Shown: positions 1 through 11,934, numbered from the stretch's first letter. The stretch is 64,000 nucleotides of DNA from Octopus sinensis (GCF_006345805.1 NW_021836133.1:186001-250000); one strand, 5' to 3'. Notes: generated by a model from the sequence alone, not told the origin. Numbers and translations: made by a program.

Positions 1-401
1 GTATACGTTTGAATATTGTTGTTTCATTTTAGGTTTTTTTTTCACTTTAGTGATTTATTAAGGTCAAAAGAAAATAGAGAAGTTAACTAAATTAGATGAG
101 TCGCCGAGCGGATGGACAGGCAATTTCCACGCAATATCGCGAACGATATCCACTGAAAAAGCCAGCTTGTTTCACGATTTTAGGTTATTCTAATATTTTT
201 TGGATAAAATTTATTGTTAATTTTTAATAAAAAATTATTTTTATTCTAGATTAAAAAGTATCAATCAATTTAGGAATAGGAATAGGAAGTTTTATTGGAA
301 ACAGAGAAGGGTTAAAGGTTAGGGGGGAGTTTGTATAATGAAACAATAGGACTACCCTATCGACTTCTTCCCAGAAAAAAAAAAAAGAGACCCCCTCAAG
401 T

Positions 402-435
<34 letters not shown>

Positions 436-440
436 CTTTT

Positions 441-3071
441 CTACCTCTGCAGGTACGTCCCAGTGACAATTGAGTTGGATTTATAACCACTTATAGCTTT
501 TTCGACAGTTTCACCGACCATGGAGGATTTACTTTCAAGCCACAGGGGGATTGGATCTTCAACTTTTTGGTGGTAAGCAAGCTTCAAAGCGAGCCTGCGA
601 GACTTTTCAAATTTAGTTAAGATGGTGTCCTTCTTTTTAGAGAAGTACCATCCCTCTTTTCCGTATAGTAGTCCCGGTAGGATCACCGTATTGAAAACGT
701 AGAGGAAAGTATCAGGCTCCAAATTTAACTTCCTCAGGCAGAACAGAGCATTAGTTGCTTTCCTTTTACTTAATTTTGCGTTTTCGAGATAGTTTCCCTT
801 TTCATCGATGAACAAGCCAAGATATTTAATTGAGTTTTGTCGAGGTATGTTCTTGATCAGGCACGGTAAATTTATTAAATTTCTGCTTTCTGTGATTCTC
901 AGTAATGCGGACTTCTCACGCGCAATAATGAACATATTTTCATCGCACCATTGCTCCACTGTATTCATATATGATATAATCCTTTGTTCGGATAAGGCAG
1001 GTTTCGATGAAATGTCAAGGATTACAACATCATCGGCGTATATCAAAATTTCCGTCCGTGTGTTGACAGGAGACGGCAGATTGCTCATCACAATGTTGAA
1101 TAATAGAGGACTGAGGACTGATCCTTGAGGGACGCCTCTTTTAAGTTTCAGTTCATCCGAGTCATAGTTCAGAAAGCTTATCACAGAGCGCCTGTCGCGG
1201 AGGAAGTCTTTTAGCCATAGGAATAGTCCTTTGTCTATGTGACACTTCGCCAGATGTCTAAGGAGACCGAGGTGCCAAACCATATCAAAGGCTTTTGAGA
1301 TGTCTAGAGACACAATTGTCAGACACTCTTTGAAATCCAGAGCCTTTACAATCGACGAATTGAGTGTATAAAGACAGTCAGCACAGGAACGACCCCTCCG
1401 AAAGCCCCACTGCACGTCTTTGAGATAACCATTTCTCTCGACGTGTTCAGAGAGTCGTTCAAACATTACCCTTTCCATTATTCGACTGATGGTAGGAATT
1501 AGGCTTATAGGCCTATAACTTGTCGCCAAGTAACCAGGTTTTCCAGGCTTCCGTATCATCCTTACCTCCGTCAGTTTCCATGAAGAAGGGACGTATCCCA
1601 AGCTCACACTGCGGGAGAAGAGACATCCCAAATATTCGTAAAGTTGCTTGGGAGCTTCTTTGAACATGCGCATGGTTATCTTGTCCTTTCCCGGAGCGTT
1701 ATTTTTGGAGTATCTAACTGCATTTTCCACGTCTTTGCACGTTATAGATTCCGAGCACATTGGTAATGAGCTAAGATTGTCTTCCAACTCTTTTTCCATA
1801 TCAAACAAAGCTGAATCAGATAGATTTGTATCCGGATTGACTTCTTGTATTCTTTTGAGACTATCAGCAAATATGTTCGGGATTTCTTCATGAGATGCAG
1901 GGGATCCATCTTGTTTTAGCAGTTTAGGTATAGTTTTCTCAGACGTCGAGGTTAATTTCGAGTAGACCTTCCAAAAATTTGGACTTCCTTTATGTAGCTT
2001 TTTGCACTCAGTATTCCATTTTTTATCCTTCGCCACCTTCGCCGATTTTCTTATTTCTTCCGTAATGGTGAAGATTTCACTTTCCAAAACGGACCGGTCA
2101 CGAAAATCTGCGCAGCGCCGGAGTTTGTTCCTTAGACATTGTTTTTTCCTTAGTAGGATTTCAACATTCATGTTTGGCATGTGAGTTTTCCTATTGTTTG
2201 AGACGATTTTTGTAGAATATGTTTCCAGATAAGACTTTATGTATCCAATAAGGGAATTGCTAGACTTCTCGAGGTCCTCAGATGAAGAATTTTCGTCAAG
2301 TTTAGGAGCGAAATTGCTCAGATAAAGTGTAAAACATTTTCGGTAGTGTTCCCAGTTTATAGTCGAGAGGTTATATCATATAAAAGTTGGTTTACCCTTT
2401 AAAGGTCCAAGGTTGAGTTTGTATAAAATTGGTAGATGGTCACTTCCAATATCATTTAAGGTGTACGGTTGTTCCATAAATTGAAGAGTAGACATAGAGA
2501 CCAATGCTACGCCCAAATAGTCCCACCCTCCTGGTGAGTAATGATTTGGGGTTTTTGATGTGATGACCGAGAAACTGAGAGATTCTGAAAGCTTCTTAAG
2601 AATGATGCCATCCCTGTTGGTTCTCAGACAGCCAAAAGATGTGCATTTGGCATTTAGATCCCCGAGGAGTATTGACAAATGATTGTGTTTATCGGCAAAA
2701 AAGTCCTTGATAAGCGATGAATAATTGGAAAGGGATTTTGAGTACATCCCTCCGATTGTTACCCACCCTTTTTCCAGAAGGACGTCGATTGTGAGGAATT
2801 CACACAATTCCTCGGACACAATTTTTAGATTTTTCACCCTTAGAGTTGAATTGTAGTAGATAGAAGTGCCTGTTCCAGCGATCGAGCCCGGCTTCCACTT
2901 AATATCAAGGGAACGATAGCCATCCAAGTAGTAATCATCATGTTTTTTGATTTTTGTTTCGTTTACGATCAAAAGGTCCACGGGGTTATGGGATAACATA
3001 TCCTCAATCTCTGAACGCCTTCTCTTTAGAGAACGTGCGTTCACAGCGATAATAGACAGAAAGGGGCTCAC
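441..3071 (-). pseudogene. LINE ORF2 (APE endonuclease + reverse transcriptase) broken by one in-frame TGA at 2376-2378
   Basis: APE motifs NARSL, GDLNA and SDHLP in 2376-3071. RT motifs YRPISL, LDISKAFD, GVPQGSVLSPLLF, YADD and KYLG in 441-2180. Both ORFs are in the same frame and the linker is open (YNLSTINWEHYRK...). Confidence 0.9.
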
Positions 3072-3229
3072 GCCTGATCAATCCTTTCCCTTCCAAGAGA
3101 AAGGGACAACAGATTGTTGATATCGAGGCCTTTTTCATCGCATATAGCGATTATTTTGCGAATCATAGAGGTAAGCTCAACGTCGATAGTTGGTGCTTTC
3201 CTCTTAAAGCGGGTTGGAGGCTCAGAGCC
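3068..3229 (-). pseudogene. C-terminal remnant of LINE ORF1
   Basis: Open frame ...GSEPPTRFKRKAPTIDVELTSMIRKIIAICDEKG...ERIDQA*. Its TGA overlaps the ORF2 GTG (GTGA). Confidence 0.6.
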
Positions 3230-3818
3230 ATCAATCAATTTTAACTAATCGAGAAATATGAATACAATCTGTAACTGTTTCGTCCTCCTTTTCGATAATC
3301 AATAATATACTTATTAGCTTTAAATTGATTTTTCTTATGTATTCAAATTATATTAGAGATTTTTTAATTTTGAAAAAAAGCGGTCTTTCCTAAAGTGGTT
3401 ATAATTATGTTCAGTCTAACTTTTATTTATTAAGTTGCACTCAATGCACTTAACCTTTTTAATCCAAGTTCATCTTCACAGAAAAAAAACTCAATTTTAG
3501 CCCATTCTTTGAAAATTTGTTTTTTCATTTTTAAAATAGAAATTCATTCCAAATTTTACGAGCCTGTATCTTTTATTATTATTCAACCAAGACCACTGTC
3601 TAAAGGAGAGTCTTCATTTTCCACTGACGTTTTTCTTTTGTTCCCGCGAATTTTTCGCAGGGGCGCGGCGGGTGTGTCATTCGTTATGTCGTCACCCCGT
3701 TTCTTAGACAGTTTCTTGATTGAATTTTCGAAAATTTTCCCCAATTGATGTAGCTGATCATTTTTCCCTACGCTGCGTAGGCGTAACTAATTATGTGTTT
3801 CATGTATTGCTAATAGTT

Positions 3819-4594
3819 ACTTCGATTGACTTTACGACAAAGTATTATTAACGAAATTTATAAATCATTCAGAAAACGACTGTTTCATTTTATTCCAGTT
3901 TATTCAAACGAGGAGATAACGTTTCTCTCTCCGTACCTGATAAACCGATTCATCACATGTCATTAACAGTTATTCATGTCAGTATTTTGAAGAAAATCTG
4001 TGGATTAATATGCAATTGACAGAAATAATAATCAGACCACAAGAGCCTGTTATGTCATAATAGGAGTAATTAAAATGAACTTAAAAATTTACAAAATTTA
4101 ATTAGATGTACTTTTTATTGACCGATTAGAAAAATCTAAATAAAAGATACAGATAATTATTTCAATAATTTTATAAACTATTTTTCATTAATTATTGTTT
4201 AATTTTCTTAATTTTTAATGACAAACCTAATAGATTATTAGATACGTTTTATTTAGTTTGTTGTACTGCTCTATTTATTAGCTTTGCTTTATTTTTTGTA
4301 TTAAATTGGATTTAGAAGGAATATTTCGTGATGAAGTCTCTTTTAGTGATTTAATTATCTGAAATTTCGTCATTTTTGTGATATTTTCCGATTTTATTCC
4401 TCTAATCTGTTTCTAATCTTTTTCTCAAAATTATATATACTTCCTCCCATTTCAAAGTTTTTGACCAGAAGGACTGTTTTCGGTCGTTTTACTTGTCTTC
4501 ACGGCTTCTTAATTTCAGTTTATTAGTCAATGAAATTAAAAATTATTTTAAAATTTCGACTTTAAAAACGGAAAAAACAAAATTAATCATAATA
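3819..4594. repeat. Dispersed ~0.8-kb repeat, copy 1
   Basis: Near-identical to 24561-25400 (starts ACTTCGATTGACTTTACGACA, ends AATTAATCATAATA). Copy 2 carries an extra ~70-bp segment. Confidence 0.9.
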
Positions 4595-6563
4595 TCTCAC
4601 CAACAATTTCATTGCTGATTGGATCAATCGGGTAGTCCACGGGTCGTACTAAAAAACGTGTATTACTGTCTGATGTGTATAAAGGCCAGTGACAATCTAT
4701 TGGGGGTAGTCGTCTATGCCGGTTTGTGAATCAATCTGCCCGGATCTAAACATTCCTATTGCATCATGACACTCTTTTGGGTCTATGTCCAAGTACACTT
4801 CCCAAGTCTTCTTAATAACATTCTCCCACACAGCGAAGGGTCTTTTACAAGAGCTCCAAAGCTGCACTTTTATTAACAGTGTATCAATTTTGGGGTCCTT
4901 CGTTTCTTTGATTTTTCCTTATATAGTTTCAGTAAACTAATGTTTTCTATACAAATAAATAGTCAATAATTTATTCAGTTAGACTAATTTTGTAAATTTC
5001 GATTTTTTGATCATTTGTGATAAGAAGAGATTATTTGGCATGCATTTTATTAGAACTGACACAAAGTATATTAGGGGAGTAAAGTATGGCAGAACGTATT
5101 TGACTGGAAGTGTGAATTTATTCCAAGCTGACTAGTCTGTGTATAGTGAAGGCAAGAGTGTAACGTCAATGTCAGATAGTTTTACACCCACTTTGAGGAA
5201 TAGGACAATATATACTTAATCTTCCAGTTATGTAAAGCGGAAAGTGTTTTTTGTTGTTAAAGTTCCGCCCAGAAAGTAGTGGATTGTGATAAACATTTTT
5301 ATTTATCATTGTCTGAATTTGAAATTGCCTTTGTACTCACCCTTGTAAATCCTATCGACAAAAAATGTTGAATTACAAGAATTCGGTGTAACAAGCTTAT
5401 TCGTGTATGACAAAATAAAAAAAATATTATCATCAAAGTGAAAGTCACTTCCCAAGACCACCTGAAGCAATCCAAAGTTCAAAAAATGCAATAAATGAGA
5501 CGGGGTTGTTTCCAAGTTTTCAAGAACTACATTGAAAAGTTGAAGACGGAACTTGGAATTACATACAGTATCTGATTTTTGTTATTTAAAGAGGATTTTT
5601 ATGAAATAAGTTTTTGTCGACAGTCCTCATGTAGTTGGTGGTGCACTTGATCGAGCAATGGACGACCAATTTGATGAAGAGAATGTAAACGATACCCAAA
5701 AGAAACATTTGGATAAATTGAACAAATTCTAAATGTGCTACAGCTCCAGAAGGAGTATACGTGGATATATGTATCTAGCGAGTTGCATATTTATCAAATT
5801 TTTGTTCGATAACGTCATCGTAGTAACAAAATTGATTAATGATCGGTCCCTCATCCTCAGGGGCAATTCGCTGATTACGCCAATTTCAACTTTTGACGGG
5901 TTTTGAGAGATATCAATATTAGACGGAATAACAAATAATGCTGCCTCATTCGAAATACGAGACCTTGTGCCTCCTTCCTACAATTACGGCATCTGGCTCG
6001 ACTGCCAGTCTTTCCAGGAATAATATGTTTTAAAATTAATATTAAGGATGTCTGAAAACGCACTAAGAGCTCAAACCATGGACAATTAAGTATTTTTTAA
6101 CAACAATGTCAATTTTTTAAGATAATACAGCTGACTATCAAATTCTACCTCTTAGCTAAAAATAAAGTTGATACGTAAAAATCTCGCTATTGTTTTGGCA
6201 AGAAAAAAAATAAAAAACCATTTTTAGCTCAAAATATGCACACTTTTAGCTAGTTAACCTATTAAAAATTTTTAATCTACCGAAAAATATTGATTTATAA
6301 TGCGTATAGGGAATTTGTTAAAGTATTTTAAAGATTATATTAACACAAAAACTAATTTAATGACTCTTTTTTTGGGAAGCTTGGGCCATAAGTCCCCTAG
6401 TTTCATTATAATAGCCACTAACACAATTTATGCACATAAAATATAAATAATCCAGAAAATATCAAATATTAATTTTTTATGAACACTTGGAAAATAGAAA
6501 TGTTTAAAACCAAATTCCACAATAAATATGACTTATATAATAATATTAGTAATCAAAATAAGT

Positions 6564-8045
6564 TTAATCCGACCAGCCAGCCTCATTTTCATCCTCCTCC
6601 ATTGATTCACTCTTTATGACTTTAGACATGCTCTTGATTAGTGGTGACTCCTCATACTTCTTCGACTTTGGAGGCTCTACATAGTCCTCTCCCTTCCCTT
6701 TTAGAGACTCTCCTCTTCTTTTTAACACTTTTTTGAGTTGTGACAATATATCAATTTTTTCCTCTTCCTTTTTTGGTTCAATCTCACTTTTTGTTTCATT
6801 TTCTTTTCTTTTTCGGAATTTGAACTGATTTATCCCTCCCGCGTCTAGAATTGAGTCAAGCAGAGCCTTCAGTTTTGGTTCTCCCGAATGCTTCGGAGTG
6901 ACCTCGACAGGTTTTTGTCATCTTCGAATACAAAATTTTCCTCGATTTCATTTTCTGATGACAAAGTCGTGTTTTTTTCTGCAATTTCAGTTTTTGGAAA
7001 AATGTTGGATTCGGGATGCGAAGCCTCGACCTTTGGTGGTGTGGACACTACGGGATCCTCGGTGAATTCGGAATCAAGATCCGGTAAATCCACGGTGATT
7101 TCGGTCAAAATAATCGACGGAGCAATCCCCGTTTCTTTTTTAGGGAGATAATTCAAATCACTTACAATCCCTGAAATAACAAATTGAGTTTAACCAGAAA
7201 GCACGGGAAGACTTTCGGGGACCTTGATTTGAGGTACATCACCCAAAATAGGATTGTAGTCAAAATTTAAACGCTGGAAAGGATCGAATTGATGGCCCAA
7301 AGTCACAGTCTCCGGTGCCTTGGCTGGCTCGTGTCTTTTTTCATGTGGTTTTGTAATTTTGAAACAACGTTAAGAGGATCAACAAAACAATAGTTTTTAA
7401 ATCTATTATTAAAATAAAAAATTAATAATAAATATAAAATTTTACGCATTTATATTTGTATTATAAATAAGAAAATTTCCAGTGCTTTTCAAATTGTTCG
7501 GAGGCCTGCCAATTCCCTCATGAAATGGTGTCTTATCCTTGTCTTTTAGTAAATCAAAAGAGGCTGGGACCATCGTAGTATTTTTAGATTGAGAAATTAA
7601 ATCTAAATTCTAATTAATTAAATTAAATAATTTTATTTTTAATTAAATTTATAATAAATATTTAAATAAAAAACTTTTGATAGTTTGTAGTGGAGTTTGG
7701 TTTCATTTTTAACATTTGGCATCACTTGGAGGTCATTTCTTGGAAATTTTATTGTCTGAGGCAAATTGAATGGAGAATAAATCCTTATTGCTTTGCCCGA
7801 TTTGTCCAGTTTTTTAATTTTTTGCACAACAATTGAAATTCTAGACTTTATGGAGGACAATCTGTCCTTACTAACATCTATCTATAGCTTTAATCGTTAC
7901 ATATTTATACATTTTGGTTTATTTTTTGAATAAAATGTCTAAAATCTTGTTGGAACTTTTCTAATATTAGCAATGATTGGATAATCTTTTCCTCGTCTGG
8001 AATACAAGGAGAAATTATCGGTATAACTGACTGCTCAATGCTCAT
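6564..8045 (-). CDS. WASHC1: WASH complex subunit 1 (Arp2/3 nucleation-promoting factor), multi-exon
   Basis: Spliced translation gives KAIRIYSP, EGIGRPPNNLKS..FLIYNT, FKNYCFVDPL, YNPILGDVPQIKVPESLPVLSGIVSDLNY..GIAPS, ALLDSILDAGG, LKKVLKRR and an acidic C-terminus EEDENEAGWSD, matching the WASH WAHD and VCA pattern. Short GT-AG introns. Two apparent 1-nt frameshifts in A-runs (~7357, ~6912). Confidence 0.88.
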
Positions 8046-8333
8046 GTTTATATTACTCACTAGAGTAAGGGGACCACAATAAATTATGTCTTCTTTTATT
8101 ATAAATTCAAATATACTAATTAATTATTTAAAAATATTTATTAAATTAACTATATTAATAAAATAAAGTTTCTAAAATCATTCCTAATCCTTAGCTATTC
8201 TATATAAGAAAAGATAAAATGACTAAAGTTTAGATAATTTGTTACATTATAATTATATATATTTTTAATTAATTTTAAAATATCTAATATAATAAAAATA
8301 TATATAATTTATGCACTTGTGGTTATTTAATTA

Positions 8334-8956
8334 ATGGAGTCATTACTATCTAAAACAGCACATGCTAATTGGATAGAAGACTTGAAAGTAGGGGAACTAG
8401 TAAAAATAAAAGTATAAAAAATATATATTTCAATTTCGGGCAACTTCTTCAAAACAATGGGATATTCAAAAAATAGTAGACATTACTTATTCCCCGAGGA
8501 AATACTATATCTAACCAACAAGGGCTCACTAACATGTCTAAAAGACGGCCAATTACTACAGGCCGATGACCTATCCCTTATAGTTGATGGACTATTGGGG
8601 AGTAATGTCATGACTGTATACTCCAATTTAACACAACTGGGCTATGTATTACGTCGTAATACTACTCCTTTTCAATATTCCATTTTTGATGTTTATTTAC
8701 CGTCTTGTGTTAAGACTTTTAAAAAATCTAATCCCACATCACCACAATATCATCTATTTGTAACAAGGTATTTTATTATATATTTTAATTAATTTAAATA
8801 TTATTTATATATATAATTTTAAACAGTATTTTTAGTGAGGAAAATAATTTGATGCAACTTAGAGATTCATATACCCGTATTTTTGGTTCCCGCGCTCTAA
8901 TAATAGCTGCAACGGCGGGAAATAATATCTGTTATATAAAAATTGAAGATTTTTAA
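8334..8956 (+). CDS. TSEN54: tRNA-splicing endonuclease subunit Sen54 (compact, ~180 aa, 2 introns)
   Basis: ANW..GELVKIK|GNFFKTMGY..YLFPEEILYL, VYSNLTQLGYVLRR and FDVYLP..FKKSNP are Sen54 signature blocks. Confidence 0.85.
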
Positions 8957-8987
8957 TAAAATGTTAGTAAAAATTAAATTAAAAAAC

Positions 8988-9538
8988 TTATATATTATTT
9001 TTTAATTGAGAAATAAGCATTCTATATCCAGCAATCCACCTACTTACCTGAATTTATTACGTAATAAAATGAACCTCTTTAATGTGGTCAACCGCCATAA
9101 TCTTGCATATATTTTCGGCGCCAAAATAGTCAGGTTTGAGCAAGCACGTGATCAATTGAACCAAATAGTCCTTTATTTCTTCTGATAGCATATTTCCTTC
9201 CCATGCCTCGTTGAGAATGTCAATTCTCTTACCAATCACAGCCTCCTTTGGAATAATTATTTTTTAAACAACTTTAACAAGGCCTGATGTTATTTTTTGA
9301 GAATTGTTGATTACGTAAGACTGTTTCCCCAAATCTTCATTTTTATCGAATTTTGGCCTTGAGGATGTTGAATTTGAACCTGTGCTGGATGAGTCTGATC
9401 CAGAGGTTGTGTACATGTATGACATCTTAGGAGGGTCATTCCAACCACGTTTGTTTGTGGTTATTACTAATTAATTATATTTTATTATAAATTACTATTT
9501 TCTGTGGTAATTGGGTCAGAAATATGTTGACCTGACAT
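8988..9538 (-). CDS. SRA1: SRA1/SRAP-like protein (SRA1/Sec31 family), with tiny introns
   Basis: N-terminal KRGWNDPPKMSY. C-terminal IGKRIDILNEAWEGNMLSEEIK...MAVDHIKE|VSRWIAGYRMLI. Confidence 0.8.
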
Positions 9539-9823
9539 GCACAACAAGGTGCTGCGTATTAGTCAATAAATTCTTTATTTATTATTTATAAAAATATAAT
9601 ATATATTTATAAATAATTATAAATATTTAGATTTATATTAATGGTTTAATTGAGAAAAAAGCGTTTTGCATATTAATACTCGTTTTTATTATACATTTTT
9701 GATACATAAAATAGAAACTATATTAATTTTAAATCTATTATGTTAATAAAATATTATAATTGAATATAATTTATATTATATTTGTTAATCAAATAAATAA
9801 AATATTACCAAGTTACTAATCTT

Positions 9824-11045
9824 ATGATGATATCTAAAGCATATCAACAATGTAATGAAAATAAAGTTAATTTATCTAATTCCAAACTAAACGAAATTCC
9901 AAAAGAACTCCTAAATATAAAAAACATAAAAGTAATTATATTAAAATAATTAAGTTCTTAAATCTATCAAAAAACAATCTAAAAATATTACCAAATTCAT
10001 TTTTCGATTCCCTCCAAAAAGCTCTTTGGATTGATCTTCGCGCCAATCAAATATCTCAACTACCTTTGGTCCAATCGCCAAAAGAGTGTGACCTCAACAC
10101 ACTTCTTCTCGACCGAAACGTCCTGACTTCAATTCCCAACTCATACGGTTTTTTTACATCAAAAAACAGACAGGATTTTTACCAAATTTAAAAAATTTGA
10201 GTCTTAGATCAAACCCACTGGACTCTAATTTTAAAAAAATATATTCTTCAGGTTTAGACAGTTTTTTGAAACATTTAAAAAACGAAATCCACCAAAATAC
10301 CCAAATTCCGATAAAAATTGGTAAAAAATTAGTTTTCTATGAATTTTAAGATAAAAAATCAAAAATTATGAATAAAAATAAACCAAAAATTGTTTCCGAC
10401 GATCTAAAAATTGTGACTCAGAAAAAATTGGATCGTTTAAAGTTGTTTTTTATTTATAATCTTCAGTGTATGTCGAGCTTTGGTTGATTGGAGAGAAAAG
10501 ACCAAAATAATTAACCAACAAAAAATATTTGATATTCAAATTGGAAAAATAAGTTTATTTTATTATTTATTAATATATTTAATTTAAATATATTAATTTT
10601 AAGAAATTAATAATAATATTAAAAATGCACCTTTTGGAGTTGATGTGACTCGTATGCCTACTTCTATGGAAAATGAGATTGTAGACATAAAAATTGACTT
10701 TTAGGCCAAGAACAGTCCCATAGACCAGATAGTGGCTAAGAAAAATTTTTCGACTTTTGATTTGATGGAAAAAGAAAGAAAAAGGCGGGAAATTTTTATC
10801 ACTTTTTAGGGCTGAAGACGTGGTACAGATTACAGAGGAACTTCGTGAATTTAATAATAAAATAATAAATAAAAGGCATTCTAACGTGTATGAATCATTG
10901 AATGAGGCAAAGAAAGATTTAAATATTGTATTAAACATTTAATTCATTATAGATAATGGAAATGAAGAATAAATTGAAAAAGAATTATTCAGAGTTGGAG
11001 GATATTAGAATGCTACAACAAGAAAATAAATTTGATTTATTTTAA
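9824..11045 (+). CDS. Leucine-rich repeat protein with C-terminal coiled coil (LRRC27-like), multi-exon
   Basis: LRRs VNLSNSKLNEIP, LNLSKNNLKILPNSFFDSL..LWIDLRANQISQLP, LNTLLLDRNVLTSIP and LKNLSLRSNPLD after removing short GT-AG introns. The 3' exon structure is approximate. Confidence 0.75.
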
Positions 11046-11269
11046 AATAATTTATTATAAATTTTATTATTTATTAATTAAAATAACGAAATTAAAATTT
11101 CTTTATTATTAAAAATAAATTTAAATGAAATTTTATAGTGAAAACTATTATAATTAAATCAATAGACACAAAAATCTTATTATTTCGAACAAATAATTGA
11201 CTCACAAAATTTAATTAAAAAATATTTATAAAAAATATTTTAATTATTTAAATTTAATTTTATTATCAT

Positions 11270-11934
11270 ATGGGGGAGTGTGGATATGAATGTTAGTAAA
11301 TTAAATAATAATTTTTTTAAGATTTGGACCATCCTGCTGATATTCAGTATTAAATATTAAATTAATAAATATAGAATCCATTCCTGTATAAATTTAAACA
11401 TGAAATTTTTAGGGTCTCCAAATATCGAGGAAGCCTTTGAATTGGCATTTTTATTTTTTAAATCTTAGGCTGCTCTCGGAATGTACGGATATATGACAAA
11501 TATAAATAAAGTTGAATTTAAAAATTATTTTGATTTTACCGTTGAAGGTTTTTTGTGATTATTTTTAACGTAGGACACGATTTATATTCTTTACTTTACA
11601 ATTTCCTGGATGAAATAATTTTTATATTTTCCTGCGGTCAATATTTTGTCGCAAATGTATTTTTTGGTTATTTTTTTAATATTTAGGATATAAATATTAC
11701 TCAATTTGGTCAAAATTGTGATGGAGGATGGTCTTTGGAATGTAGATTGTAAGATTTGTGGTTTTTTGATTCATTTATAGAAAAGGAGAGGAGTTTGATT
11801 TGAATAAACACGAACAAGTTTTAAATAATATTTTTTATTTTTTGGGGACGGAGATCAAGGCTGTTACTTATCATTGTATGAATATTGTTACAACTAGTAA
11901 TCGTACTGACATTTTTTTTATTGTCGATATTTAA
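11270..11934 (+). CDS. ZBTB8OS: Archease (RtcB tRNA-ligase cofactor), 9 exons
   Basis: Spliced translation YEYLDHPADIQIHSW..EEAFELAALGMYGYM..GHDLYSLLYNFLDE..GEEFDLNKHEQGTEIKAVTYH..FFIVDI*. Confidence 0.93.

Larger units (their letters stand above)
272..3229 (-). mobile_element. 5'-truncated APE-RT non-LTR retrotransposon (Jockey/I-group-like) with a 12-bp target-site duplication
   Basis: ATCAATCAATTT flanks both ends (260-271 and 3230-3241). On the minus strand the element carries an ORF1 tail, an endonuclease and an RT, then a 3' UTR ending AATAAA plus (TTCCTA)3. Confidence 0.9.

Noticed and set aside
251-490. 79-aa poly-Lys/poly-Phe ORF
   Set aside because: Translation of the LINE 3' UTR homopolymers, not a gene.
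808-2184. Plus-strand ORFs antisense to the LINE RT, and similar shadow ORFs opposite ATG9, dynein and the CRE elements
   Set aside because: Antisense shadows of real coding sequence with no independent motifs.
3640-3710. GC-rich double hairpin as a possible snRNA or SL RNA
   Set aside because: The minus strand reads as the open C-terminus of a coding fragment (KKRGDDITNDTPAAPLRKIRGNKRK..LG*), and there is no convincing Sm site or snRNA motif.
4600-6080. Moderately GC-rich, coding-like fragments
   Set aside because: Many stops and no motif I can assign with confidence.
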